Shown here: piece after piece, positions 11,201-19,468 of the stretch
Numbering within the stretch: position 1 is the first letter of the stretch
Layout: each line of letters opens with the position of its first letter
DNA from: an uncultured Alistipes sp.
GTDB lineage: Bacteria > Bacteroidota > Bacteroidia > Bacteroidales > Bacteroidaceae
NCBI GenBank assembly: GCA_963590505.1
Contig: CAVAPC010000008.1
Span: forward strand, 32,162 to 96,161
DNA length: 64,000 nt
Reading direction: 5' to 3'
Translations under genes and position numbers: made by a program
Notes under the pieces: model-generated
The model's database searches: none
Told to the model about the DNA's origin: nothing
Seen by the model: the letters and a program-made list of their open reading frames with translations, nothing else

Positions 11201-12328
11201 GCTCAGACGCAATCAAAAGCTCCCGGCAACACTACGCTTTTCCTGTTCCGCAACGTTCCTCTTTCTGATGGAAACTCTGTTGTGGCAACGGCATCGCACG
11301 CAGGAAAGACTGCCGTCGTAGATTCTCTTGCCTTGCCTTCATTCAATTCGTGGGACGAACAGATTCTGAAGCCTGAAAACGACTACAACTATATCGCTCG
11401 TATAAATTGCGGCGGCGATGACTATACCGACAGTTACGGTTTGACGTGGAATCAGGACAACACAAACTGGTCTGCATCATGGGCAGACAAATTCAAGAAA
11501 GAGGCCAATCCGTATAAGGCGAGCCAGACTTACAATCCTTCTCTCTTTGTTTCGCCTCTGTTCAAGACTGCACGTTTTGGAAGGCACCTGCTTTCCTATT
11601 CTATACCAGCTGCACCTGGCGACTATCGGATAGAGTTGTATTTCATTGAACCTTGGTATGGACGCGGTTCTTCGCCTGCTACTGATTGCGAAGGCTTGCG
11701 TTTGTTTGATGTGGTAGTTAACGATTCCGTCTATATCCACGATCTCGACATTTGGGGACAGGTTCGTTTCGGAAAACCGTACAAGCGTGTGGTTAATGTC
11801 CATAATACAACAGGAGAGCTTCGTTTAAGTTTCCCACGTGTTAATGCCGGACAAGCAATAATTTCTGCCATTGCCGTTGCCACAAAGAATGTTGATATGA
11901 AGCCTGTCGCAGTGAAACCAGCTAAGGAGAGCAGTACAATGTGGGCAGACTTCGAGAAAGAAACTTACACAACAACCCCCGACAGTTTGCTACCACCGAA
12001 GACAAACAGCGCCATCACAGCGGAAGGCATTCCCGGGAAAGGGAGTATAGTATTCGAATACAATGTGGGAGTGGCAAAAGTCTATGCATTGCGTTTCCGT
12101 TATTACAATCCGGAAAAGGAACGCACGCTGCGTGTCAAGATAACCGACCTTAACGGAGTTGTATATAAGGAAGACGATATCATGTTTGTGAAGACGCCGG
12201 AAAAGAAGACCAAGCGTCGTAATACAAGCATCACAACCGGAAGCCAGATAAATGCCGGTTCTTATAAGGTTAAAGTGACGGGCGAAGGAATAGACAAGAT
12301 GCTTTTCGATAAGCTTACGATAGAATAG
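8285..12328 (+). CDS. multidomain glycoside hydrolase: N-terminal 5-bladed beta-propeller-like domain, GH2 module, C-terminal malectin-like domain
   Basis: 1347 aa with a signal peptide. The N-terminus has repeated propeller-like blades (KWFMTYVCYNG, HYWMTYIGG, FMMYYNAGG, MYVMFYFSA, VVYHFYCAV). The GH2-like core shows FNAFRDAHQPHN and SIILWGLQNEST (NE acid/base). The malectin-like region contains INCGGDDYTDSYGLTWNQDN. Confidence 0.7.
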   Translation: MKRLYIILTLSVVFALNITAARKQRSPQKARTVSQTEMQKIYDSAKTPYKFGLVVAPQDNSHKIDCPTVFSKDGKWFMTYVCYNGKSGTDGRGYETWLATSNDLLHWTTLGRILEFSDSGWDKNQRGGFPSLVDWNWGGSYGIEKYKGHYWMTYIGGEGTGYEAVNAPLSIGLASTRGDVTTAHPWETLDKPILSYNEKNAQWWEQMTQYKSTVYRVDKKLFGYQFMMYYNAGGKNASHPKGERIGVAFSNDMKKWTRYSGNPIFAHDTDGTITGDAQIVKMGSMYVMFYFSAFNPTREYYAYNTFAASYDLIHWTDWQGADLIVPSKPYDEMFAHKSYVVKHDGVVYHFYCAVNNSGQRGIAVATSMPMGKSEVNFPAPEPVGKRITKNIDGKWQITFNGETFTRNVPFNLDDYYGALQKEHGNLHGKAVFKKSFTAPAFEDKEYFLRFEGVGTYCDILLNGKKLGSYDIGRTTETIDITANVLKGQENKLEVRVSHPKGITDMPWVCGGCSSEWGFSEGSQPFGIFRPVELEITDKVRIEPFGVHVWSNQNTDSVFVETELKNYDAKSVTVSLVNKLSESTGKQVVRLTDEVTLLPGETRTVRQQAAVVNPKLWSQEKPYLYNLNTMVKRDGKATDDLLTPFGFRTISWPLTRNDGDKRFFLNGTPVYINGVCEYEHLFGQSHAFSNEQIEARIKEVKDAGFNAFRDAHQPHNLYYKQLIDKEGLLWWPQFSAHIWYDTPQFKESFKRHLVKWVKERRNSPSIILWGLQNESTIPADFAKECSDIIRSLDPTCGTQRLITTCNGGEGTDWNVVQNWSGTYGGKIDDYARELSRDDQLLNGEYGAWRTLGNHTGERYTEEKQCDILERKVQLAESVKDSVCGQFLWTLQSHDNPGRRQPEEGLRMIDKVGPFNHKGLFTAWEQPTDAYYMYKSHYVSADADPVVYIVPGLHSDSIRVYSNCEKVTLSCGNWAQTQSKAPGNTTLFLFRNVPLSDGNSVVATASHAGKTAVVDSLALPSFNSWDEQILKPENDYNYIARINCGGDDYTDSYGLTWNQDNTNWSASWADKFKKEANPYKASQTYNPSLFVSPLFKTARFGRHLLSYSIPAAPGDYRIELYFIEPWYGRGSSPATDCEGLRLFDVVVNDSVYIHDLDIWGQVRFGKPYKRVVNVHNTTGELRLSFPRVNAGQAIISAIAVATKNVDMKPVAVKPAKESSTMWADFEKETYTTTPDSLLPPKTNSAITAEGIPGKGSIVFEYNVGVAKVYALRFRYYNPEKERTLRVKITDLNGVVYKEDDIMFVKTPEKKTKRRNTSITTGSQINAGSYKVKVTGEGIDKMLFDKLTIE

Positions 12329-12374
12329 TCTCTTATCTATACAAACATTATTTGCAATTGGAGGCAAGCAAAAC

Positions 12375-12421
12375 AAGTCCGGGACAAGCAATCACGTTGC
12401 GTGAATTGCAGTCCCGGACTT
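12375..12421. terminator. bidirectional terminator between convergent genes
   Basis: AAGTCCGGGAC (12375-12385) / GTCCCGGACTT (12411-12421), an 11-bp perfect stem between the + CDS ending at 12328 and the - CDS ending at 12505. Confidence 0.65.
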
Positions 12422-12504
12422 TATCGTTGTAAAGGCCTTGTCAATACTGGACCGTTTGCTTTTTGCAATGTTTTTCAGTAGGTTGAAAAAATCTCAGCCC
12501 TATT

Positions 12505-13884
12505 TTAAAGCATTGCTCCGAAGCGTATTGACGGTAGAGGAGCGGTGAAATAGTAATTTTGGTCAAGCAGAGCATCAAGGAACGCAACTTTTTTGATTCC
12601 GAAGAAAGCTAGTCCGTTAGGAAAAATCCTTTGGAAATCCGTCGCACCGCCAGTCAATGCTTTGCTATTGCTTGAAAGAGAGAAATCCCATGCCTTGTCG
12701 AATGGAAGAGGCGCACCTTTTTCTGTGTCGTCAACCTCGCAGTTCACGTTCATTTTAGGGTTCTGGATAAAATTCTTCAACAACGGATCGTTTTCGCCTG
12801 CCGATGAACTGTGAATGTCTGTGTCCAACCAAATGCCAAGACTAGCATCCTTTGCCATCTGTTTAACGCCGGTTGCGGTAGAAGCATAGTAATAGTTGGG
12901 TGTGAGACGGCTGTTTGTCATGTCAACCCCGTCCTCTTTCGGTTGTTTCAGCCCAAAGCGGCAATCGTATACAAGGTTGTTCACCAACACAGGTCGCGCT
13001 GCTTTTTCAACCCATATAGAGCCGCCTTTCTTGTTTTTGGAGCGTCTCCATCCGCAGTCAACTATGGTGTTGTTGTAAACAGTCATTTCCGTTAGCGGAA
13101 CAGTCTCGCTGTTGCCGGCGTTTGAGAGCTTGAATGCATTTGTGCAAGCATTGTAAATGATGTTGTTGGCAATGTCCAGTTTACATCCTGACTTCACATT
13201 GATTGCTTCGCCGCCGTCGGCAGCATTTCCGCTGTCGGCAAAGATGTTGTTGACAATTATTCCGTTGCCGCCGGTGAAATATGTTTGGTCGTTGTAATTG
13301 TCGTGGAAGAAACTGTTTGCCATTACAAATTTTCCGTTAACGTTGCAGAAATGGAATGCAGGCACGCCTCCGTCGATCGTTGTCTTGAAGAGTTTGTTTT
13401 GAAATGAAGCCGACGATTCTGTTGGCGTAGCGCCGGCGTATGCTATGTCAACGTGGTTTAGTACGACTTCTTCTGAATTGTATCCGCATATTATGCCGCC
13501 CCAGTCGGCAGGTTTCTTTGTGTCTGAAGTTATCGTAACGGGCTTGTCTTCCGTTCCCATGCAGTATAGGTTTCCTAGTACGACAATCTCAATCGGAACT
13601 TTCACTTCCGACTTGCAAGTCACCGTTACTCCCTGTTCTATGTAAAGCGATGTGCCGACGGGTATCTCCACGCTTTCGCTAAGAGTTGTGTCTTTTGTCC
13701 AAACAATCGACCCTTTGGGGTATTCGGCGATTTTGGTCTTTACAACATCAGTCGACCCTTGGTTTGTTGTGTCTGCCTTGCTTACATAGTCGTAAGGATT
13801 GATGTTGTCGTTCTCGCATGAGGTTGAGAACGTTGCCGTTGCAGCTGTGGCGAGCATACAGGCAAAAATGTTTATCTTGTTCAT
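12505..13884 (-). CDS. surface lipoprotein with right-handed beta-helix repeats
   Basis: 459 aa. Lipoprotein signal ...ATFSTSC. Beta-helix rung repeats: GIIVNNIFADSGN, DIANNIIYNACTN, TVYNNTIVDCG, VLVNNLVYDC. It lies 71 bp downstream of the TonB-dependent receptor gene. Confidence 0.6.
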   Translation of the reverse strand: MNKINIFACMLATAATATFSTSCENDNINPYDYVSKADTTNQGSTDVVKTKIAEYPKGSIVWTKDTTLSESVEIPVGTSLYIEQGVTVTCKSEVKVPIEIVVLGNLYCMGTEDKPVTITSDTKKPADWGGIICGYNSEEVVLNHVDIAYAGATPTESSASFQNKLFKTTIDGGVPAFHFCNVNGKFVMANSFFHDNYNDQTYFTGGNGIIVNNIFADSGNAADGGEAINVKSGCKLDIANNIIYNACTNAFKLSNAGNSETVPLTEMTVYNNTIVDCGWRRSKNKKGGSIWVEKAARPVLVNNLVYDCRFGLKQPKEDGVDMTNSRLTPNYYYASTATGVKQMAKDASLGIWLDTDIHSSSAGENDPLLKNFIQNPKMNVNCEVDDTEKGAPLPFDKAWDFSLSSNSKALTGGATDFQRIFPNGLAFFGIKKVAFLDALLDQNYYFTAPLPSIRFGAML

Positions 13885-13955
13885 GATTCGTCTCTTTTGT
13901 TTTGTTGCTTAATGAATATAACTTATTATGGAAGTTGTGCTTGTTAAACTATTGC

Positions 13956-16742
13956 CTATAGAGTGTATCTCACTCCGAGCAGGAATGTGCGTCCGTATTT
14001 GTATGTACCCACAATGGTGCGGTCAGACTTTTGGCCTTCGTATTGCAGATTGCTTTGGTTCACGGTCTTCAAGTATCTTTCGCGCTTTGCATCGGTGAGG
14101 TTGTTTGCCTTGAAGAAAATGCTCAGTCCGTTTGTAAATTTCTTCTCTGCGCTTAGATCCAGCCCGAACATGGCCTTGTCCCATTGGTCTGCATCCTTGA
14201 ACGGCGACACGAGAGCGAGTTTCACACCCGTGAACGAAGCTGCAAGTTGTGCGTTCCATCCGTGGTCGGTGTCCTTGTATAACAGTGACAGGTTGGCAGT
14301 GTGAGGTGCTTGGTTAACCAACGGGCGTGTCTGTTTGACTCCTTCCTCGTATTCTGCACTTCCCTGTTTGTACTGTCGCTTTGTTGTTGTAATGGTCGAG
14401 TGGGTGTATGTATAGTTCGCCTTCAGTCCGAAGTGGCGTATGTATTTCACTACGTCAATTTCAAAACCCATGTTTTTGGCGTTGCCCAGGTTGTCGGGTG
14501 TGTAGTAAGCGTCTGCTCCGCTGCCGATTTTTCCGTCAGACGTAACGAAGACTTGTTCGATAGGGTCTTTCAGATATTTGTAGAACACTCCGGCAAAGAT
14601 CTGTTCGGTCTTCGATGGAAACCATTCCCAGCGCAGGTCGATGTTGTCGATGCGTGCACGCTTCAAGTCCGGATTTCCTTTTTCCATGTATTCCTCGCCC
14701 ATAATCTGATAAGGCACTATCTCGTAGAATCCCGGACGGTTGATGCTGCGGTAGTAGGAAAGGCGAACGTTCATTTTCTTCGTTGGCGTCCATTTCAGAC
14801 TCGCCGACGGCAGATAATCCCAGTAGCTCTGTTCGCCCACCTGTCCCATGTTGCGGAATTTTTGCAGCATGGTGTAAATCTGGTTTGTGTGCTCAGCACG
14901 GAATCCAATGTTCATTTCTCCGATTTCGCTTTTCAGCGTAACCATTGCATAAGCAGCGCCGATGTGTTCTTTTGAGTTGTAGTTCAGTTGAGAAGCTTGG
15001 CTATAAGGCGTCTTGCATGCCCAGTCAATGTTTTGGAATTGGTCGAAACCGTTGCCTGACAACTGTTGCGAAATATCATTTGGCCCAAAGATGTATGAGT
15101 AATAGCGGTTGTTCCGTTCTTTGCGGCGGTATTGCGCACCTGCTTTCCATACGGCGTTGGCTTTGTCTGTCAGTCGCATGTCGTATGTAAGGTTCAGGTA
15201 TCCAGCCAGGTCCTTGTCGTCGTTGTGCTGAAAACGGCGTTCCATGTCTTTCGGCAGCGTCTTCACTATTTTATTGTCTGCGCTCCATATCGATGCACCA
15301 CTTGCCGTGTTTGCTTCAACAGTGTTTGTAAGCGTAAGGTAGACACGGTCAGGATCCTTTGATTTCGCTTCAGAGAATATTCCTGCCCAGTCAACCGTAA
15401 GTGCTTTCGTTAAGTGATGCGTTCCTTTCAGTTCTGTGGCAAACACGCTTTGCTTCTGTTCCATGGATCGCGTTTCGTCGTCTTGCGTGTATGTCTCAGC
15501 GTCAATGTATTCTGTATTTATCGAATTGTTGTAGCGGATGCTGCGTGAATCAGTGCTCACCAGCATATTGTACCATTCCAATTTGTGGTTGCCCAGCTGA
15601 AGATCGAACTTCGCATGCGCGCCAAGTGTCAAGTCGTGAATGCTGTAGTAACGGTGTTGTAAATTGGATATGTACATAGCCTGTTGTCCGGAAGCCATCT
15701 TTACCGAATTGTAAGTGCGTTCTGTACCGCGAAACACGTTCTGCACGCTTGCAGCAAGCATCACTCCCAAGCGGTCGTGCCAGAAACGGTTTCCAACCGA
15801 CAGCCCGCCGATGAAATTTGGGGCTGGCATGGAATGGCTGCTCACTTTGGTTGCGCCGTTTCTGAAGTCGTCGGCGGTAGCCTTGTAGTCTCCTCCGAAT
15901 TTTTCGTAAGGTGCTTTTTCCGTAGTGTTGGAGCGGTCTGACGACAGATAGTCTCGATCTCCGTTCCAGAAATAGTCGCTCATTCCAATTGCAGCGTTAG
16001 CCTGAAGTTGAAACCGCGAAGGCGCATCTTTCATTACCATGTCAACCACACCTCCGGCAGCGTCACCCTCCATGTCGGCCGTTAGAGATTTTGTAACAAC
16101 AAGCCTGTCCATCAGGTCAGATGGGAAGATATTCAGCGGAATGTAACGGTTCTTGTCGTCGGGACTGGGTATCTTAACACCGTTCACCAGCGTGTAGTTG
16201 TAGCGTTTGTCCATGCCTCGCAGAATGGCATAGGAAGCTTCGCCTGATGCGTCGCGTTCCATAGTAACGCCCGAAACACGCTGCAGCACACTTGCCACGT
16301 TGACGTCTGGCGAAAGCTGTATGCTCTGCTGGCTCATCACGTTGAGAACGTTTCCGGAGTTCTTTTCCAAGTCGATGGCACTGCGGTCGCTGTGATATTC
16401 ATGATGCCCCGTTACAACAACTTCTCCCAATTGTTGCGCATCTTCGTCAAGCGGAATTTCAATCGGGCGCTTTTCAGACACTTCAATCTGTATTTCCTTC
16501 GTCTTGTAAGACATGTATGTAACCACCAGCGTGTAGCGTCCTTTTGCCGGCAGTTCATGCAGGGTGAACGTTCCGTCAAGGCCTGTTGTGGTGCTAACTC
16601 CGGGCAGTTCCTTCACCTTCACCACTGTTCCGATTAGCGGTTCGCCCGTCTTGTGGTCCTTCACTGTGCCGTCTACGGTATGGGCGAAGGCTGCTGTCGC
16701 TATGGATGCAAGCATCGCTCCGCAGATAATTGTTTTGTTCAT
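13956..16742 (-). CDS. TonB-dependent receptor with N-terminal carboxypeptidase-regulatory-like domain
   Basis: 928 aa with a signal peptide. CarboxypepD_reg-like segment VDGTVKDHKTGEPLIGTVVKVKE...GRYTLVVTYMSYK. Plug-like region AILRGMDKRYNYTLVNGVKIP and DAAGGVVDMVMK. Long beta-barrel ending GRTFLLGVRYTL. Confidence 0.9.
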   Translation of the reverse strand: MNKTIICGAMLASIATAAFAHTVDGTVKDHKTGEPLIGTVVKVKELPGVSTTTGLDGTFTLHELPAKGRYTLVVTYMSYKTKEIQIEVSEKRPIEIPLDEDAQQLGEVVVTGHHEYHSDRSAIDLEKNSGNVLNVMSQQSIQLSPDVNVASVLQRVSGVTMERDASGEASYAILRGMDKRYNYTLVNGVKIPSPDDKNRYIPLNIFPSDLMDRLVVTKSLTADMEGDAAGGVVDMVMKDAPSRFQLQANAAIGMSDYFWNGDRDYLSSDRSNTTEKAPYEKFGGDYKATADDFRNGATKVSSHSMPAPNFIGGLSVGNRFWHDRLGVMLAASVQNVFRGTERTYNSVKMASGQQAMYISNLQHRYYSIHDLTLGAHAKFDLQLGNHKLEWYNMLVSTDSRSIRYNNSINTEYIDAETYTQDDETRSMEQKQSVFATELKGTHHLTKALTVDWAGIFSEAKSKDPDRVYLTLTNTVEANTASGASIWSADNKIVKTLPKDMERRFQHNDDKDLAGYLNLTYDMRLTDKANAVWKAGAQYRRKERNNRYYSYIFGPNDISQQLSGNGFDQFQNIDWACKTPYSQASQLNYNSKEHIGAAYAMVTLKSEIGEMNIGFRAEHTNQIYTMLQKFRNMGQVGEQSYWDYLPSASLKWTPTKKMNVRLSYYRSINRPGFYEIVPYQIMGEEYMEKGNPDLKRARIDNIDLRWEWFPSKTEQIFAGVFYKYLKDPIEQVFVTSDGKIGSGADAYYTPDNLGNAKNMGFEIDVVKYIRHFGLKANYTYTHSTITTTKRQYKQGSAEYEEGVKQTRPLVNQAPHTANLSLLYKDTDHGWNAQLAASFTGVKLALVSPFKDADQWDKAMFGLDLSAEKKFTNGLSIFFKANNLTDAKRERYLKTVNQSNLQYEGQKSDRTIVGTYKYGRTFLLGVRYTL

Positions 16743-16810
16743 CAGTGTATTGTTTTTTGTTTTCCTGAATGCTTGTCGTTCTATTCTTGCCGGTTGCCGG
16801 CATGACTTTA

Positions 16811-17881
16811 TTATTTTGTCTTGACTATCTCGTGGATAATGTTGCCTGCATTGTCAATCATTTGCATGCGCAGTTGTTTCTTGTCGGCGGAGATTACCGA
16901 AAAACCGTCGGCTGATGAACAGAAAACTGTGCCTTCTACTGCCTTGACCGGGCGTGCAAGTGATGCAGACGAATTTACCACATAGTCAATGTCATCGTCT
17001 TTCATGCGCAGATGCTGGAAACTGTGGATGTGTCCGCAGGCGTAAATCGCAACGTTGCCGTATCGCCGCAGTATTGGCAACACGCGCTTCTGCATGTCGG
17101 TGCGTTCAGATTCCGATTTTTCTGTGTATGCAAATATTGGATGATGCCCCACAACCACTGTCCAGTCTTCTTTCGCTTCTTTCAGTGTGCGGTCCAACCA
17201 GTCCAGTTGCGCCTGCATGTCTTGTTTGCATGCGTCGGGATATACTTCTTTGTCGGTGCGGTATTTGTCTATTAGCGGTGTAGTGTCAAGAAATACAATG
17301 CGCACTGAAACGCCTTTCTTGCTGAAAACTTTAGAGTAGTATTTGCTTGGCATCATCCACCGGCGACTTATCTTTGAATAGTCAAGCACCGCCTGTGTGT
17401 TTCCCCTGTATTCATGATTCCCGCAAACGGGAAACCAGTCTATCATCAAGTCCGGATGCGAATACACCGTTTCGTAGTTTGTCAGCCAAAGAGGGTCGCT
17501 TACAGATGCAACGCCGTTGAAATGATGTATGTCGCCTGCTGCAATGACACACTGCGGATCTGCCGTTCCTGCCATTTCACCCATGAGTTCGGCTATAGGC
17601 TTTTGGTCGTAATATCCGTTTCTGCCCAAGTCGTTGGCCATATAGAACGTGAGTGTGGCCTTAAGGCGCTTCCAACTGTTGCGGCTAGCATAGTCGCGCT
17701 TCTCCAAATTGTTGGGCTGCACTCTGCATCCGTCCTGTAGTCCGCCAACAGTTTGACTTTCTACTGTTCCTTGCGCCACTGCCATAGCATTGCTCCCGAA
17801 CGTGAGAGCAAAAGCCAACGCCAATGCGGCAACACGCTTGCCCCTTGACGTGAAAATGTTTCCTTTTTTAAGTTTTTCCAT
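16811..17881 (-). CDS. secreted calcineurin-like metallophosphoesterase (purple / tartrate-resistant acid phosphatase type)
   Basis: 356 aa with a signal peptide. Metallophosphoesterase motifs in order: ANDLGRNG, AAGDIHHFNG, CGNHEY, VVGHHP, CGHIHSFQH. Confidence 0.85.
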   Translation of the reverse strand: MEKLKKGNIFTSRGKRVAALALAFALTFGSNAMAVAQGTVESQTVGGLQDGCRVQPNNLEKRDYASRNSWKRLKATLTFYMANDLGRNGYYDQKPIAELMGEMAGTADPQCVIAAGDIHHFNGVASVSDPLWLTNYETVYSHPDLMIDWFPVCGNHEYRGNTQAVLDYSKISRRWMMPSKYYSKVFSKKGVSVRIVFLDTTPLIDKYRTDKEVYPDACKQDMQAQLDWLDRTLKEAKEDWTVVVGHHPIFAYTEKSESERTDMQKRVLPILRRYGNVAIYACGHIHSFQHLRMKDDDIDYVVNSSASLARPVKAVEGTVFCSSADGFSVISADKKQLRMQMIDNAGNIIHEIVKTK

Positions 17882-17964
17882 TGATTGATATCTGATAATT
17901 GCTTGAAAGTTGGTTTTGTTTTCCGATAAAAAAGACTGTTACCTGATTGCTATAAAATTTTGTG

Positions 17965-17972
17965 CAAAATTA
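17965..17972 (-). promoter_or_regulatory. candidate Bacteroidota -7 promoter box (TAATTTTG on the minus strand)
   Basis: Plus-strand CAAAATTA is the reverse complement of TAnnTTTG. It lies 84 bp upstream of the ATG at 17881. Confidence 0.3.
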
Positions 17973-18231
17973 CGTCCGTCGTGTGACAATGCCGTTACGG
18001 CGGTTTTAACAATCGGTGCAATTTGTGTTTCAAGAAAGTTACAATGTCGCGTAGAACGCTGCCGCCACTGACGGTCAGCATTCGGCAAACAAGGAAATGG
18101 CCCTTTAAAAATTATCCTGTTTCGGGAAGAACGCAATGACTTCCCCTCTTATTCGAACAACAAAACGGGCAAGAAAACGGAAAATGCAGCTATTGGCAAA
18201 ACGTAGTCTTGTGTTTTATGCTGAAACTTAT

Positions 18232-18239
18232 TAACTTTG
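18232..18239 (+). promoter_or_regulatory. candidate -7 promoter box TAACTTTG
   Basis: Matches TAnnTTTG, 38 bp upstream of the ATG at 18277. Confidence 0.4.
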
Positions 18240-18276
18240 TGGAAGTAAACACTTGACATTCAAAATTACATAAACA

Positions 18277-18960
18277 ATGAAGATAAAAACAATTCTCCTA
18301 AGTCTGCTTGCCGTTATGTGCTTGTCGGCAGCAGCACAAGTGAAGCCAACCGTAGCGATATTGGGCGACTCTTATTCCACTTTCCAAGGCTTCTTGCCCG
18401 AAGGCCACGCCGTATGGTATAAGGTTCCAGCCAATCCGGAACATACTGATGTGACGAAAGTGGAGCAAACATGGTGGTGGCAGGTTGTGAAGGAAGGCGG
18501 ATACAAGTTGGGCACAGTGAATTCTTATTCAGGGGCCACTATCTGCAACACCGGATACAAGGACGAAGATTATACAGACCGCTCATTTCTCACGCGTGCC
18601 ACGAAGCTTGGCAATCCTGACATAATACTGGTGTGCGGAGGAACAAACGACAGTTGGGCAAATTCGCCAATCGGTGAATACAAATACGATAACTGGACGC
18701 GTGCCGACCTATATTCCTTCCGCCCCGCAATGGCAAAGATGCTCAATACACTACAGGAACATTATCCTAATGTCGAGGTTTATTTCATTTTAAACTCAGG
18801 GCTGAAAGACGAAATCAACGAGTCGGTAGAACAGATATGCCGCCACTATAACGTGCCGCTTGTCAAGTTGAAGGATATAGACAAAACAAAGAACCATCCG
18901 AATGTAAAGGGTATGAAGAGTTTTGCCCAGCAAGTCTTGAAGGCAATGAAAAAGCATTGA
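18277..18960 (+). CDS. secreted SGNH/GDSL-family hydrolase (esterase)
   Basis: 227 aa with a signal peptide. Block I VAILGDSYS (Ser nucleophile), block III VCGGTNDS, and a C-terminal NHPN consistent with the His block. Confidence 0.75.
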   Translation: MKIKTILLSLLAVMCLSAAAQVKPTVAILGDSYSTFQGFLPEGHAVWYKVPANPEHTDVTKVEQTWWWQVVKEGGYKLGTVNSYSGATICNTGYKDEDYTDRSFLTRATKLGNPDIILVCGGTNDSWANSPIGEYKYDNWTRADLYSFRPAMAKMLNTLQEHYPNVEVYFILNSGLKDEINESVEQICRHYNVPLVKLKDIDKTKNHPNVKGMKSFAQQVLKAMKKH

Positions 18961-18985
18961 CCGCAACTGGCAGTGACGAATAAAG

Positions 18986-19022
18986 AATGGGGAGCAAGGA
19001 TATATTCGGTTTGCCCCCCATT
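18986..19022 (+). terminator. Rho-independent terminator candidate
   Basis: AATGGGGAGCAA / TTGCCCCCCATT, a 12-bp stem with one mismatch, followed by CTTTTTAT. It starts 26 bp after the stop at 18960. Confidence 0.6.
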
Positions 19023-19360
19023 CTTTTTATAGGTCAACGTACAACACGAATGCTTTTGTGCGTGACCTGAAAATGCCGTGCTGAGAATTTAGCTTGGCCA
19101 ATAGGCGTATTACCCATTTGTTTTAGCCAACTGCAGCGCTTCCCCCAGTTGTCAATAACGTCGTTGCGCCGATGCAACAAAAAAACAAGCCGAAAATTAT
19201 TGTAAAAAACAGCCAATATCCTTTTCATTCTTGTTTGTGTTTATTTTATTGTTAGCTTCGTTTCGATTTATTGTCAACGTCGTTTTGTATAAGAATGAAC
19301 TTCCTTGTTGTTGTAACGCAGTGGCTTTTATGCGGTAAACAAGTTAAACAAATTCATAGT

Positions 19361-19375
19361 TATACAGGCTGTATA
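19361..19375. promoter_or_regulatory. perfect palindrome TATACAG-G-CTGTATA, candidate operator
   Basis: 7-bp arms with a 1-nt spacer, about 130 bp upstream of the first gene of the lipid cluster. Confidence 0.2.
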
Positions 19376-19460
19376 TAAAAGATGACGTGAAATGGCGAGA
19401 ATAGTAATCGTAAAGTAATCTTTTTTATCTTTTTTTTCTTGTCGAAACCCTAAGATTTCT

Positions 19461-19468
19461 TATCTTTG
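19461..19468 (+). promoter_or_regulatory. candidate -7 promoter box TATCTTTG for the 26-gene cluster
   Basis: Matches TAnnTTTG, 35 bp upstream of the ATG at 19503. A CTTG (3 of 4 match to the -33 TTTG) lies about 19 nt upstream. Confidence 0.45.

Noticed and set aside
19034-19228. 64-aa minus-strand ORF in the leader upstream of the lipid cluster
   Set aside because: It has no motif, no TM segment or signal peptide, and no -7 box in a suitable position. It directly abuts the SGNH gene terminator stem (18986-19022). I treated it as non-coding leader, though a gene remnant cannot be excluded without a database search.
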